Shown one piece after another: positions 13,309 through 26,325 of a DNA stretch of 64,000 nucleotides. A program made the translations under genes and the position numbers. How positions within the stretch are numbered: the first letter of the stretch is position 1; every line of letters starts with the position of its first letter. The notes beneath the pieces are model-generated. The model was given only the letters and a program-made list of their open reading frames with translations. It was not told the origin of the DNA and made no database searches. The stretch comes from Chiloscyllium plagiosum (lineage: Eukaryota). Location of the stretch: assembly GCF_004010195.1 (NCBI RefSeq), contig NC_057716.1:45040525-45104524 (forward strand). The letters are read 5' to 3'.

Positions 13309-16300
13309 TGGTGCTTGGGGGTGGGATCGGTGGGATGCCTGTTACGGTTCACCCTTCCACAACCCCTTTCAGACAGAGTAAATATTGAATAGTCCTTCCG
13401 CTCAGGGCAGAAGTAAAACTGAATATCAAACAAGTGCAAACGACTATTGTGACCCTTACAATACAGTCACAGTTACGAACAGTTTTTGTATTGTAATAAT
13501 AAAATCCCTGGCATCCCCCTACGTCTTCAGGGGCTTTGGGGAATAATCACTACTGGGATCAGAGGTATGATAACATAAAAGCGAACAATAGGCGCCCAAC
13601 AGCTCGGGACAAGACAAAAGACCTGCAAGTTTATAACATGCAATCGCACCAGGATGTGCCATTTCCCGAGGCGTAACCTAGCATTACTTATTCATACTGT
13701 TGAAAATGTCCAATTTTTAAACTGGTCTCCTGGCTTACAAGAAGTATGTGTCACTATCGAAAAACAAAATAAACATCATGTGCAATCAGGTTTCAGATAA
13801 AACGTTTCTTTCTCTCTCTGGGCACGGCGCAGTACGTTTGTCCACTGCGCGCCATCATCAAAGAATTGTGGATTCCATATCAAAGATCTCCGAGCTGATT
13901 CCCAAGGAGACCATAGTAAATTTTACGACCAGCAATTCTTTGAAATACCGCTTCTCGGCCAGTATTGTGTGTTGTTTTAGCCGGACAGTAATTAACACTA
14001 AGTTGTTAGGACCAAATGGCCCAAACGTTTGAGAGAAAAATATCAGCATGCTCATTTGTGTTGCTCCCCTTTGTTGAATTTGACAACCTGGAGTTGATCT
14101 GGAATATGTACTGACATTCTGAGTGGTGATTCTCCAGTTTGTGGTGATACACAAAAGCAAGAAAGCAAACACCCAATACCAAGAGATTATCAAGATTGAA
14201 GCGGTTCGTCTTCTATCGTTAATGGTACGCTTTCCTTGCCTTACAAAAATTAACAATTTTGTAAACAACGAGTAGCCTAAAGATAGGGGTTTGCATATAT
14301 TTTATTTGTATTGTTCATAACGATGCTTCGCAAAGCACGTTTTAACATAATCTGCATATTTTAAAGCATACTGACTTTTTTGTGCAGCATTTTGCGTTTT
14401 TGTTCTGCGCTCATAACTGCAGAGCGGTAAGAGGAATCCCGAGCTCATAATACTTTACAAATATGGTCTTTTGCCATTTCTTTTCACAGCCATTAAATCA
14501 GTAAGTGGTTGCTTGAAGTTATTATTTTATTATTATAAACACGAATTAAACTACCAAGGTGATATGAAACAAAAATTCATTTGGCTGATTAAATCGTTGT
14601 ATTAAATTTAACGTTACTCAAGCCTTAAATCAGTACAAAAAAGCATCACGTTCAGCTCTGCAGTTAGCTTGTAAACTAGCTAACATTAGTGCAACATTGC
14701 AAGTCGCTAGAGGGAATGATCAGAGGTTAAATATGGGAAGTCATTTTTAACTGATATTGCGATTGACAAATTAGACAGCCATAATGTTTCTGATTGAGCA
14801 GCTGTCTGGGCATTTTGTGTCTTTATGGAATGATGTAGATTCTTTTTTTTACAGCACCATCACTGTGTGACTCACTCCCTTGTCCAATGCCAATGAGAGA
14901 TACTTTATGTTTATGTATAAAGATACGCGATATATATCAGATCCATTTAGCTCGCTCGCGTATAGTTGCAAAACAATTCAATATTGAGCACACGCCTCTG
15001 AAATACGAACATCTTTGGTTCAATTGATTAGGAAGCTGAATGAATGTATTCCCTCTTTTGTATCGATCATTAGGTAGAAAGTTGCTGAGTAAAGATGTGT
15101 ATTCCAAATGGACTCATTATAACTTGTTAATAATGCAAAGGCCCATTCTTCCTGGCTTCAGAGGAGAGCTGACAGTAAGCATATTCTTCAAACATTATTA
15201 TTGATGTAACTGTGGTAACAAAAATGACAATAAAAGAAAAAAAAGTTAAAGTCCCTCATTTCAACTTCAGACAATCAACTATATTTTGATAACATAGATT
15301 ATAAAATCAAGAATCATAGAATTACTGCTGATTGAACTAAAATGATAGAGAATGATCAAGAGTTAGTTGAAAACAGAAAGTGACCTTCTTGCTTGTTTTC
15401 TGCACCAGTCTATGAAATTGATTTTACACTGGTTGACTCAACCACATTTGCACTGCACGGATAAAAAGTTTTCTTGATGCACTTTCAAGATCAAAGCAAA
15501 TGTCCTGACCAAACTCTTGAACCCAATTCAGTGCACTTACAGAAAATTCGAGAGATTTTCAAGTGATTGATGTATTCTGATATATTTTATTCCACGGCAT
15601 TTATACATTATTACCATTGGACTTTATGTCGAACAATCGGAATTACTGAAGCTGACAAACGTTTCTGATCATAAGATTAAATTAAAAGATTTAAATTATT
15701 TCATTACACAGCTGAATGCGGCATGACTAGTCTTGAATACACAATGGTAATTAACACAGAGGTAGAGTAGCCAAGTAACATATTTACCAGTGAAAGAATG
15801 CTAGATAGGCACAGTGTTACATTGCAGCAACCACAACCTTTCAACCTGAGGCATAATTGTGCAAACTCCACTCATTGCGGAGCTATGTCGAACATGCTAC
15901 ATTACATTCGTCAATGTCATCACACATAAATCAATTAAAAAATACAGTACATGTAAACAATTTCCTTTGCGCAAGTAGAAGTCTCAGCAAGGCAGTATAT
16001 AGAGGAAAAACCTGCTCCACATTGTGGAAGCTTGCTGTTGTTGAGACTTTATAAAGGCTGCCTAATGCTTGTGCAAACGTATTAAGAAAAGAAAGTCTTT
16101 TCACACTAGTTGAGTGAGATTGTGTTCCGCCTTTGCAAGTAACTGTCAATTCCATTTGTGTTGATACACATTGCAGGTCAAAGTGGAAACTTTGGCCAAA
16201 CAATTGAGTCTAGATTAATATTTTTACAGAACTTAGTCACCTCAAACCAATATATACAAACAACCGAGTTTGCATCACGTGCCAGCATTGTAATAAAGGT

Positions 16301-16373
16301 GAAACTTTGGTCAGGTGCTAAATGATTCCAGCATTTTCGGTCAAAAATTTGATGAAAGTTAAGGCCCAATCCC

Positions 16374-16747
16374 TCAAAGCATTTGCTTCGACTCAACAAA
16401 GTTTAGATTTTCTGATGATTTTTTTGTTGATGGGGAAGGCAAAGGTGAGGCAGTGTCCGATTTATCCGAACTTTCTGTAGAAGGTGAATCCTGAGTAGAG
16501 TTCACAGCAGCCAAATTGGCAAGAAAACCTTCTCTCTCCCTTTTCTTTTGTTTCATCCTCCTGTTCTGGAACCAAATCTTCACCTGGGTTTCACTGAGTT
16601 GTAGTACGTTCGCTATTTCCACCCGTCTGGCTCGTGTCAAGTATTTATTAAAATGAAATTCCTTCTCCAGTTCCGTCAACTGTTTGGTAGTAAAGTTTGT
16701 ACGAGCTGTGCTGGGTGGGCTGGGGATCCCATAGTCAGTTGCTTTAG
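16374..16747 (-). CDS. hoxd1: HoxD1 coding exon 2 (homeodomain)
   Basis: Acceptor TTTTTGTAG|CT. Labial-class homeodomain [31 protein letters not shown]...[15 protein letters not shown]. Spliced product 312 aa. Confidence 0.95.
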
Positions 16748-17108
16748 CTACAAAAAGGCACACAATAGTTAGGCACTGTATTCTGATGGAGTGCAGAAAA
16801 GTTGGTTCGCTCATCCCCCTCACAGTATTACTATCCCACCCCACTCCCACCAACACACTCCGAAAGCGGCATCAAATATGATTCAATTATCCATGATATT
16901 GCCCAAATATACATAATAGGGATCATGTGACTGGGAATGGAAAGACGTTAGGTGAAATTATTCAAACAGTAGTTTAAACTTGCAGGGCACTATTAACATA
17001 ATGAGGCTCTGTCTATGAAAGGGTTAATTTAAAAAAAAACTGTTTTGGAGAACTTTAAAAGGCGTATGGATTTAGTTTTGCTCCAGGTTTCCGAGATAAT
17101 ATACTGAC

Positions 17109-17673
17109 CTGTTTTTGGAGGATTTCGCTTCACTTTCATCCACTCAAAGGTATTTGCTGCAGCGATTTTCTGTCCTGTATGAGACTCCGACCTTTGGTAG
17201 CTGCTCTGAGACGTCGACAGACTCTGATAATGCCCAGGGTAAAAGTTTGGGAACTCCTTGCCATAGGTTTGGTGTTGTTCCTGCTCAACAAAGACATTGT
17301 TGTATTCGTGTTGGCGCGCAGTGAGCGGAAAAGACGCGCTTCCTGAGTAAACAGAGGTGATGTATGGGAGCAGTTCCCCTGTGTCATCCTGCTCCTGGTT
17401 AGCAGCATAAGGAAAGTCACAGCCGACGTTGCTCTGGGGTAAGAAGTGCATATCTGCAGATGGAGAGGAGTCATAGGAAAGTTCGAGAGTAGCAGGCGCC
17501 GACTGATGAAGGTGATGTGGGGTGGGAGATGGATCATCTACTGGCTCAGCTGAAACATACCGACCTTGTCCGAAGCACTGCTGCAGGGAGACTGCTGGAG
17601 GATTACTGTGACAGAATTTAGGCGTAAACGTCAGAATGTCTGTGCTAGGAATGTATTCTAAGTAAGAGTTCAT
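17109..17673 (-). CDS. hoxd1: HoxD1 coding exon 1
   Basis: ATG at 17673 gives MNSYLEY...TPKFC, similar to HOXD1 MSSYLEY...APKFC. Paralog-1 hexapeptide TFEWMKVKRN. Donor ACAG|GTCAGT at 17109/17108, phase 1. Confidence 0.93.
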
Positions 17674-17784
17674 TCTTCCAATGACGGGCTGCAGCAGAAT
17701 AAGATGCGTTGCTTTAGTTGATTGCTGTCTATCTCTGATCACCATAGCAGATTTTTCACTTCCTTCGCAAAGGAAGTAAATATT

Positions 17785-17830
17785 CCTAATATAGACCAAG
17801 GCAGGCACGTGGCTCCAGCCACCCAATCAG
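17785..17830 (-). promoter_or_regulatory. HoxD1 proximal promoter (CCAAT + E-box + TATA-like)
   Basis: CACGTG 17806-17811, CCAAT 17823-17827, and minus-strand TATATTAG near 17793. Confidence 0.6.
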
Positions 17831-18349
17831 AGCGGCTGTCGCCAGCGCGATGCCATGGCGTCCGGAGTTCCTTGCTGATCCACGGAGAGGAGTGGACTCT
17901 TCCAATGCTCACCTTCCACTGAGATCACATCATCAGCACATCCCGCAGAGGCATTCACTAACCTTACTCATACAGCGGACGATCCTCCGATAGCCCGTCC
18001 TAAGGTAAGATAGTCGCTTTGAGTGTGGGCGGAGTGTAACCGCTGCGGAAAAATGTGAGACTTGAGTTGTGTGATAGTGGCACTTACAGTAAAGCACGCA
18101 GTCTTCTGTCAGTAGACTTGGTTAGTTTACGTTAAAACGATCACGAAAGGGGGATGGGTGGGAGGAGTACAATCGTGACAAGCTCCACTGAATTAGTTAC
18201 AATAATTACAGCACCAGGAAATCTAGAATGAACACAGCGTGAAATAACAAAGCAAATGGTCTCTGAAGTTGAGTTTATGGCATGGCACAACCTCTATCCC
18301 TTCGTGTACAGTTTGGAAAGCACCGCCAGCAAACAGCCTTGCTTCTTTA

Positions 18350-18490
18350 AAAAAAAAACCGAAGGAACTGCGGATACAGTAAATCGGAAACAAAAATATA
18401 AGTTGCTGGAAAAAACTCAGCAGGTTTGGCAGCATCTGTGAAGAGAAATCAGAGTTAACGTTTCGGGCCCGGTGACCCTTCCCAGAACAG
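18350..18490 (-). mobile_element. Short repeat of the hammerhead-bearing family (core mutated)
   Basis: Minus strand CTGGGA-A-GGGTC-ACCG-GGCCC-GAAACGTTAACTCTG...CACAGATGCTGCCAAACCTGCTGAG. Confidence 0.75.
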
Positions 18491-18908
18491 TTATGTGCTA
18501 TTTTTCTGTAAAATCATACTAACTGGCATAATAACCAGGTCCATGAAGTAAATAGTTACATTAAGAGATATGTTTATGACATCGTTAAAATTTCGAAGTG
18601 TTTAATAAACGTCCAAAGTACAATTGCCTGGCCGGTGTACTTGTGACTTTAGAAATCCTACCATCAGACCCGTTGAACCCTCTTTAAACAACTAGAGAAG
18701 GCTGACCGTCCCCTTACCAGGGATATAAAGAATATAGAGCTTCCTTCCTTTATAATCGGCAACCTGTCAACTTTCGTTAATAACACCGGACGTTGTATAA
18801 TACCAGAAATATGCTTACATCAGGAATCAACATGTTTCAACTAACTTTTTAACACAAATGGCTGACACAAAAGGTAAACGCGTTAATGACTGGGTTGTTT
18901 ATTTCACC

Positions 18909-19032
18909 TGATGAAGGGCTTTTGCCCGAAACGTCGATTTTGCTGCTCGTCGGATGCTGCCTGAACTGCTGTGCTCTTCCAGCACCACTGATCAGAATCT
19001 GGTTTCCAGCATCTGCAGTCATTGTTTTTACC
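18909..19032 (+). mobile_element. Short repeat with hammerhead core, probable Penelope-derived
   Basis: Perfect 14-bp TSD TTGTTTATTTCACC at 18895-18908 and 19033-19046. CTGATGA-A-GGGC-TTTT-GCCC-GAAACGTC. Confidence 0.8.
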
Positions 19033-22000
19033 TTGTTTATTTCACCACCCATTCTCAAGTAATTTGTCCTGGTTTGTACATCCCTCTATGTCATGCTACA
19101 GAATAAAGTTAAATGGTGTGACCATACGAACTGCAACGTATCACTTTTGTTAAGGCCAAAATGCAAAGTCTGATAAATGAAATCTCGAACTGAACAATTA
19201 CAAGTGCTACGGGAAATTTATAAGTAAATCGAAGTATTTGAATCGTTTGGCTATTAGGTTTCTGAATATTTTCCCCTGGTCTATTTCCGTGATAACGGTT
19301 GACTCAAGAGTCATTTACCTGTCAGAACATTCAGTAACGGAGCTCTAACTCAAAGTCAGTTGATGTGAGTGTGTATAGCACAAGACGACTTGCTCTGTTT
19401 AATCGCCAGGGGCAGTGTGCAGTCAAATTCATATCAGCAGCTTGTTAGGTGCCGTGTCATTAACTCATGCATTTGGTAAAACATAGAATTAGAGTCGTTT
19501 GAACGAAGTTTCTCCATTCATATAAAGAGCAGGGAATATATATTCGGTATTTCACATTCGGAATCTAAAACCCATCTACCTACAGCACAACGTGTCTATT
19601 TTGCCCATCTTTTTGATTAGCACTTTCTGTCTGTCTGTGTATCTACAAGTGAATACTTCTCATTGTACCTTATTTTTAAGTAAGCATCAATATGAGAGAG
19701 GGTTTCAGTAATGACATTCCAGTTGCTTTTCTGTTGCTCGAATTATTGTGTTACATCATATAAAAACCTGCCTCGTTCGTTTTGCGGTCAGCAGTTTTAA
19801 TCTGATCTTGAAAAGCTATGTTATGTATAATTCAGGGGGAAGTGAGTTTAAAGGCTTTGAAAGCGTACAGTTGCCGCGGGATTTGCAAATGACTAAATTT
19901 GCAAATCAGCATATGCATCGGGCCTTCCTATTGACTTCATAATTGTCTTATTTTGTTAACATATCTTTGCAGTTTTTACTTTAAAAGATATATGCTAAAT
20001 CATATATATGGCATAACTTTTTTCGAATAACATGTTAACAGCAATATTTTAAAATAATCGGTCATTGCACAAATTATGTTTCTGTTTAATTACAATGTAC
20101 TAATATTGAGTCCTATTTACCAGATTTCTTAAAATTAGAAATTGGTACAAAGTACCAAACTTTGTTATAGCTATATGGTATATAATCCACTTCTTTCAAA
20201 TGCAATATCAATCATTAGTGACAGATTAGATGAGCTACTGCCTGGAATAGTAATGTAAATGAAATACCTGTTCATTTCGCTGATATCACAATCTAAACAT
20301 TGGCCTAAACATAGAACACAAAATTACTAAATGAATATAGTAAGCTTTCCATATGCGAACTTGTATAATAACACGTTATGGTTTCTAATTAGAACATTAC
20401 AAAGCTTTATGAATTATCATTGTGTTTGTTTACGTGGAGTTTATAAATACAAAATCAACACATTTCAGTTTCCACAATTTCTTCTGAAGTTCATGGGTTC
20501 CATTTTGAAATAATGAAAGAATTTGATTGGAATATTGTTTTCTTTTGACAGTTGCACGCAATACTTCCGTGCAATTTAACTGATTATTTAGTCATTTAAG
20601 TTCATCACACTTAACTATGTTTTTTGTTAAGGATGGACAGTTTCTGACTCGTATATTTGGTAACTTTTGTCAGCACTCGACTATTCTTCGAAGTGCAATC
20701 AGCTCTGAAAGTAGATGATGTGGTTTATACTGTTCAGGGGCATATGATTGAAGGTAGCCTCGTGTAAACGGTCAGAAGAATACTGCAGACTTGTTTTAGT
20801 CGAATGTGTGGAGTCATTGAAGTAGAGTGCGGAACCATTTCCAAATCGGAACGTGTTTCTGCATTTATACGGCACGGTAGTTTCATATGTTCACTTCAGT
20901 AAAACCTTATCGATTTGCATGTTGGATCATCAAGAATCTTGAGCAAACCGGACCTGGCTGTCCTAGCAGCACCGAGCCAAAGATTCTGTGGCAAGCGTCT
21001 TCCAAATAAACGTCAGGATTAATCTATGGTTTCTTAGGACTATTTCATGCTGTAACTTGTGCACGATCTATATCTGAGATTTTACACAGTGTCCTGCTTA
21101 GAACCTGGCTTTTCATAAGGTTAGCTTCCATCTTAGCCTTGTAATATGTTGACCGGGATGTATGGAGCGGTTGGGGATGGTGGAACGGGAGTAGTGGGGG
21201 TCAGTGATGGTGGTGATGACGATGGCCTTCAATCTCTGAACGTGACAGGGTAGGACTCAAAATCAATTATCGAGAAAAGTACCAGGACTGTTTTGCACTT
21301 TTTGAAAGTTGTCACCAGTCTCAGGTTTGTTTTGAACTGACTGCGCGTTTTCTGCATTTTGTTTTGGTGCGAGTTGCCATTAGCCGTTCTACATTCGCAA
21401 ATAGAGCTGAACCTTTGTCGAGCAACAGCACGGAAGTGCATTCAAAAAATATAGAGATTGCACTGAACCAACTGTGCAAGCAACTAGATTAGCTCACCAT
21501 TAACTGGTCTGTGGATCGACCAGAGCAAAAGTGGGTTGTAAATAAAATATAATGTACGAGGTTTTATACGTTAGGGATTCCTGAAAACACATCTATTAGT
21601 GACATGTTTTAAAAGGTTAACGTAAATGACCCAATACCACAAATGCAGTCATACATGACAATAATTTAAGCACACATAGCATTCTCAGCTGAGCCAAGAT
21701 TTCTGGTGCCCTTGAAACGTTTTACCCTCTTTAACGAGCAGTAACGAGGGATCGCAGTTAGACTCCAGATTTCTCGAAGGTTAGTCATACAGGAGGTATC
21801 GTCTGTGGTGTGATTAGACTGGTGCGTGATTCGCTTTTGCATTTGTCCGCCTTGGCAGCGGTTGCTGGAGGGATCCCAGCTGGCCTTGGCATGCCTTAAA
21901 GAGGGAGGAACTGCTGTCGAGGGAAAAGTGCAGATTTCATGATTGATGAACTCTTAACAATACCCCACTGACAGCTATGCATCCAGACAGAGCTGCAAGT

Positions 22001-24650
22001 CTTTCAGCAAAACTCCCTGTTTGTTGGTGCGTTGTTTCAAATTCCAAATGAGCTTTCCTTTTCATTTACAATTGCACTTTTGCAGCCATCACTTTTGCAA
22101 AATGAACGGAAATATTGGCTGTAAATATATCAGGTGGTTGCTCACATAAACATGAAATATGATGACTGATCTTGCTACCACGTGATCCTTTACTCAAGTG
22201 TTCCTGGAGAGCTGCTGGTTATTACTAGGAACAACAAACACAAAACCTACCCTTCCTTTAGGGCTGAATGCTTCAAATATTTGGAAAACGTGCAATATTT
22301 TGTATTAATAGAAATAGTATAAACGTCATAATTTATGCAAGGTCAAAATGTCACTTGTTATTATGATTGAATTGTGAAGGCATGACCTCACCATAGCAGC
22401 ACCATAATACAACACATGAAATTGCAGAAAGAACTACATGAACTTTTAACTTATTCGACAGGCCTCAGAATGCAAAAATAAAGCGGCAAGGAGGCCGACT
22501 AGTATAAATAACTATACAGAAATTTGTTCCTTATATTCGGTATAGCATTCAAAACGAGACCTGGATTTTTCTTGCACAGATTTAAACCAAAATGTTCTGA
22601 ACTTATAATTCCAATAGTATTATCCGAGCGAATATGCGAACTAAAGTGCTTTAAGATCGCCATGTAAATAACTAAATCTAATACAAACTTTGGAACTTTA
22701 ATATTACAGCACTTAATCTTGAAATGCGAAAGGACAAAGCAAGGACTCCTCTAGCCTTTGCACATAAAGTGCACTGTCTTGTCTCATGTTAACAAAGCAG
22801 ACAGTTACGTTTAGAATGTTCACACTACGCTATTTTCCCTGCAAATGAAGTACATAAAATAAAAAATTCAAAAATTAAATATTTATTGGGCATTACAAAC
22901 GTGAAACTTGGGCGCTTTGAAACATATCTTTGTTTAACACAATAAAAAAGTCTGCTAACAGAATTCGCGTGGGTGTGTAAGGGAAATTGAGGTACTTCTT
23001 TCAAAATAGAGTGTTATTCTTTGTTTGATGACGCTTCAAGCAGACTTAAGTAAATGTTTTCCCCTTAATGAAACAGAAAGATAAATTGCATCTTGCCTTC
23101 GAAGTAACTCGTGAATTTCTGGGTTAGATTGTGATGCATTTTATTTCTCTTCTATATGCCATTTATAGGCAATAACATGCTCAATAGATTTCACCACATC
23201 GTGAATCCAATTGCTAAGTGGCTTAAAATACAAGAACTTTTAGATCAAATTGCAGCCAATTGTTTAGCAGGATAGATCTTATGCAACAGATTACATTTAA
23301 CTCTATTCAGTTGCTACAGTTAGTTATTTACTTATTCGGAATTTTTTTTCATGATGAAGTACATGTCATCTGGTAAATATAAACTAAATATCAATAAATT
23401 TTCCACCAGCATGAGCTTGATTTTAAACATCTTTCGGCAGCTGAAAATTTTGCACAGATATCCTATCTAAATCTAGTCGAATTGTTTTGGGTCTTAATAT
23501 TTCACAACTAGTGATAACCTATTGTGAATTTCTAAATAAAATCCAAGGAGAATAAAATTGTAACTATACGTGTTTCAAGCAGCCATCATTACTCGATCTG
23601 ATATATTTTATGATGTAGTTATAACATCACAGGTCTCACCACCGCGTCCTTGTTCGAACGCTATAGGTAGAGATATTTTCTTCATCCAACTCCTCTAAAT
23701 AGGATATAAATGCATTGATCTATTCAGCTCCCGGATTTGATTCGACTGAACAAAATGGCGTCTTTTATGGGTTTATGCCTCAGCCGAATTATGACATCCA
23801 TCGTGTGCTTGTGATTAGTACCAGTTTTTCCATTTCTGTAATGACGGAGTTTCTGAAAAACGATCAATTTGATTTTTCTGGGTGTGAATAGTCAGTCCTG
23901 TTGGCCTCCCTTTCCAATTTCCATGTCAGCTAATTAAATATTTGAAATTATTTTAGTATTTAAACTTAAGTAAAACCCTTGGCGTAGTTTGAGAAATCCA
24001 GTCTTATTGTTTATCAAAACCATATTTTCTTAAAGCATTAAATAGTTTACAGGCATTATTGGAAAATCGTGGAAGATGATCTACAATTTAATACACTTTC
24101 CATGACAACCAATATCTCCCTGTAAATAATTACATTTTGACATAAGCAATCGTTTTTATTCACTTGGTATTATTATCACTTGTCCTGTTTGGTTGCTGAT
24201 TATCTTTTCTTTTATTTTCTAGGAATATTGCTGATTGGAACTTTGGACGAAGGCAATTCAACTATTGAATTGAATGCAATCAGCAGTGTCTGGATATTTA
24301 CCTTTCCTTGCATATTTTCACGCTAATTCATATTTTTACACAAAGCTATTTTATAAATTGTATTTTAAAGATGTGTATTTAATTTTTGAAAATCTGTAAA
24401 TATTTGAAATATTCACCTTATTTAAAATAAAATACTGAAAATACTTTATTTTTTGCACTTCATGAAATTTCTCAGGACTCGTTTCATTTGATTCATAGCA
24501 GAATGACCACATGAGCAGGAGATCCTTAAAGTCTAGGATCAGTAGGCATGTAACAAATGCTATGACTTTCCATTTAGTAATATAGTTCTTGGAATTATCA
24601 CTGTTAAAGAATATCAACAGTGTTTATGTGCGCGTGAATTGGATGTCGAT

Positions 24651-25399
24651 CTAAAACTGCAATTGCTGAAAATCGGTGGAGTTAAAATTGTCACTTATAA
24701 AGTCAAACACGTTGGATGGAATAACTAGTGTGTCCTCGTTTTCCAACAAAGATAGTTGAGGTAATTCGTCTATCAGATTTAGATTTGGTTCGATTGTAAT
24801 TTTATCTAAATCCTCCAGAGATGGGATGCTGAAACTCTCAGGACTGCTAGGACTTGTTCCAGCCGAGCAGTTTTTCAGCATAGGTAGCAGGGAGTCAGTT
24901 TCATCTGAGCTCTGGGGGAAATAATGACAATGGGTTTCCTCGGTGCAGATCAGAGAAGTGCCAATAACAGTGAGCAGGTCACTGCTGATATCACTTAATG
25001 TATCTTGATGAGCAGAATCGCTAATATCTTGCTCAGCATTTTTGTCGCTCTCTAAAGAATTCAAAGTTTTATTTACAGGTGTCTCAGCAAAGCCTCTTGT
25101 GGAAAACCCATTCTGATTAACACTGTTAGCAAAATGGCGTTTTGAATCGGCGTTTTGGCTTTGTTTGAATCGAGTTTGTCTCTTGTGTTTCATGCGTCTG
25201 TTCTGAAACCAGACTTTGACTTGCCTTTCTGTTAGATCGAGAAGAGCTGCGATTTCTACCCTCCGTGGTCTGCAAAGGTAGCGATTATAATGAAACTCCT
25301 TTTCCAGCTCCAACAACTGAGTGTTTGTGTAAGTGGTTCGTAGTCTCCTGGAGCTGTCAAAAGGGCTCCCATTGTCCGGCTCATTAACCTCTTCGTTTT
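24651..25399 (-). CDS. hoxd2: HoxD2 coding exon 2 (homeodomain)
   Basis: Acceptor TTTCCCCTCCCTACTGCAG|AA. Homeodomain [60 protein letters not shown]. Hox2-type C-terminus TDFQQLQF. Spliced product 363 aa. Confidence 0.93.
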
Positions 25400-25795
25400 C
25401 TGCAGTAGGGAGGGGAAAGTTTCGATAAGTTATCACAAATCTTTGCGAATAATCCTGCAACATAAAATGGCCGCCTCCTAGACACAAAAGGCTTCCAGCA
25501 GAAAATGGCCCAGCAGGGCAACTGAAAACAGATACAGATGTCTGGAATTTGCTTATGTGCAGGTCATTGATACTCACAGAATACCAGGAGTTCTGTAGGC
25601 TCGAGTAAGCACTGTTTACATTTTGAATATAGTTGGGTATGTGCGTTTTTCAGGTCTGACATCTTTCAGTCAATGAAACATTTATTACAGCTTCAAAATG
25701 TAATCCTTTATAAAAATATTCTCTGCTCACCAAATATGACCACAACCTCCGTTCCCCCCCTAAAAAAAAGTAATGAAATATATGATGGACCTGAC

Positions 25796-26138
25796 CTTCA
25801 TTAGAAGAACAAGATGAGAATGATCCCGTTGCTTGGACAGTTTTTTTCTTGTGGCTTTTCTTTTCTCTCATCCACGGATATTCCAGAGGTTTGTCCCTTA
25901 ACGTGGCCCGACCAATGCTTTTTGAAGTGTGCGTTTTCTCATTTTGGTTTGTGTTACCATGGTCCAAGCTTCTGAAGCTCTGCTCAAAAGGAGGAGGAAT
26001 CAGTGTCGAATGTGAAAGCGTCGAGTTCTTGATTGATGAACTTTGAAATGTCTCGCCAACAGGAGGAAAGGATGTCAGGCACTCGGCAAGCGATGGTTCA
26101 CTATTGATAAAACCAACCTCTCTCTCAAACTCGTTCAT
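25796..26138 (-). CDS. hoxd2: HoxD2 coding exon 1
   Basis: Paralog-2 N-terminus [27 protein letters not shown] and hexapeptide EYPWMREKK. Donor GAAG|GTCAGG, phase 1. Confidence 0.92.
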
Positions 26139-26209
26139 TTCTGCCCAGGCAGAATCGGTAGAAAATTGCTTATTAGATAGTTTCTTTGAAAATGTATATT
26201 TATATAATA

Positions 26210-26325
26210 TACTGATTACTAACGCTAAGGGACCGTGCTATTATTAAACTATGTCTATTGAATACACAGACACGATGTTGAGATGAGGCTGATTTTATCG
26301 TCACATGATCGCATTAACCAATGAC
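26210..26325 (-). promoter_or_regulatory. HoxD2 promoter and conserved Hox2 leader
   Basis: CACATG 26302-26307 and CCAAT 26318-26322. Leader ATAGTTTAATAATAGCACGGTCCC resembles the Hoxa2 leader as recalled. Confidence 0.55.

Noticed and set aside
13858-14268. 136-aa ORF 3' of HoxD1
   Set aside because: Non-ATG start, no recognisable domain, composition typical of a random AT-rich ORF.
25400-25577. N-terminal part of the 308-aa ORF, and similar extensions of other Hox exon ORFs
   Set aside because: Intronic read-through upstream of clear splice acceptors.
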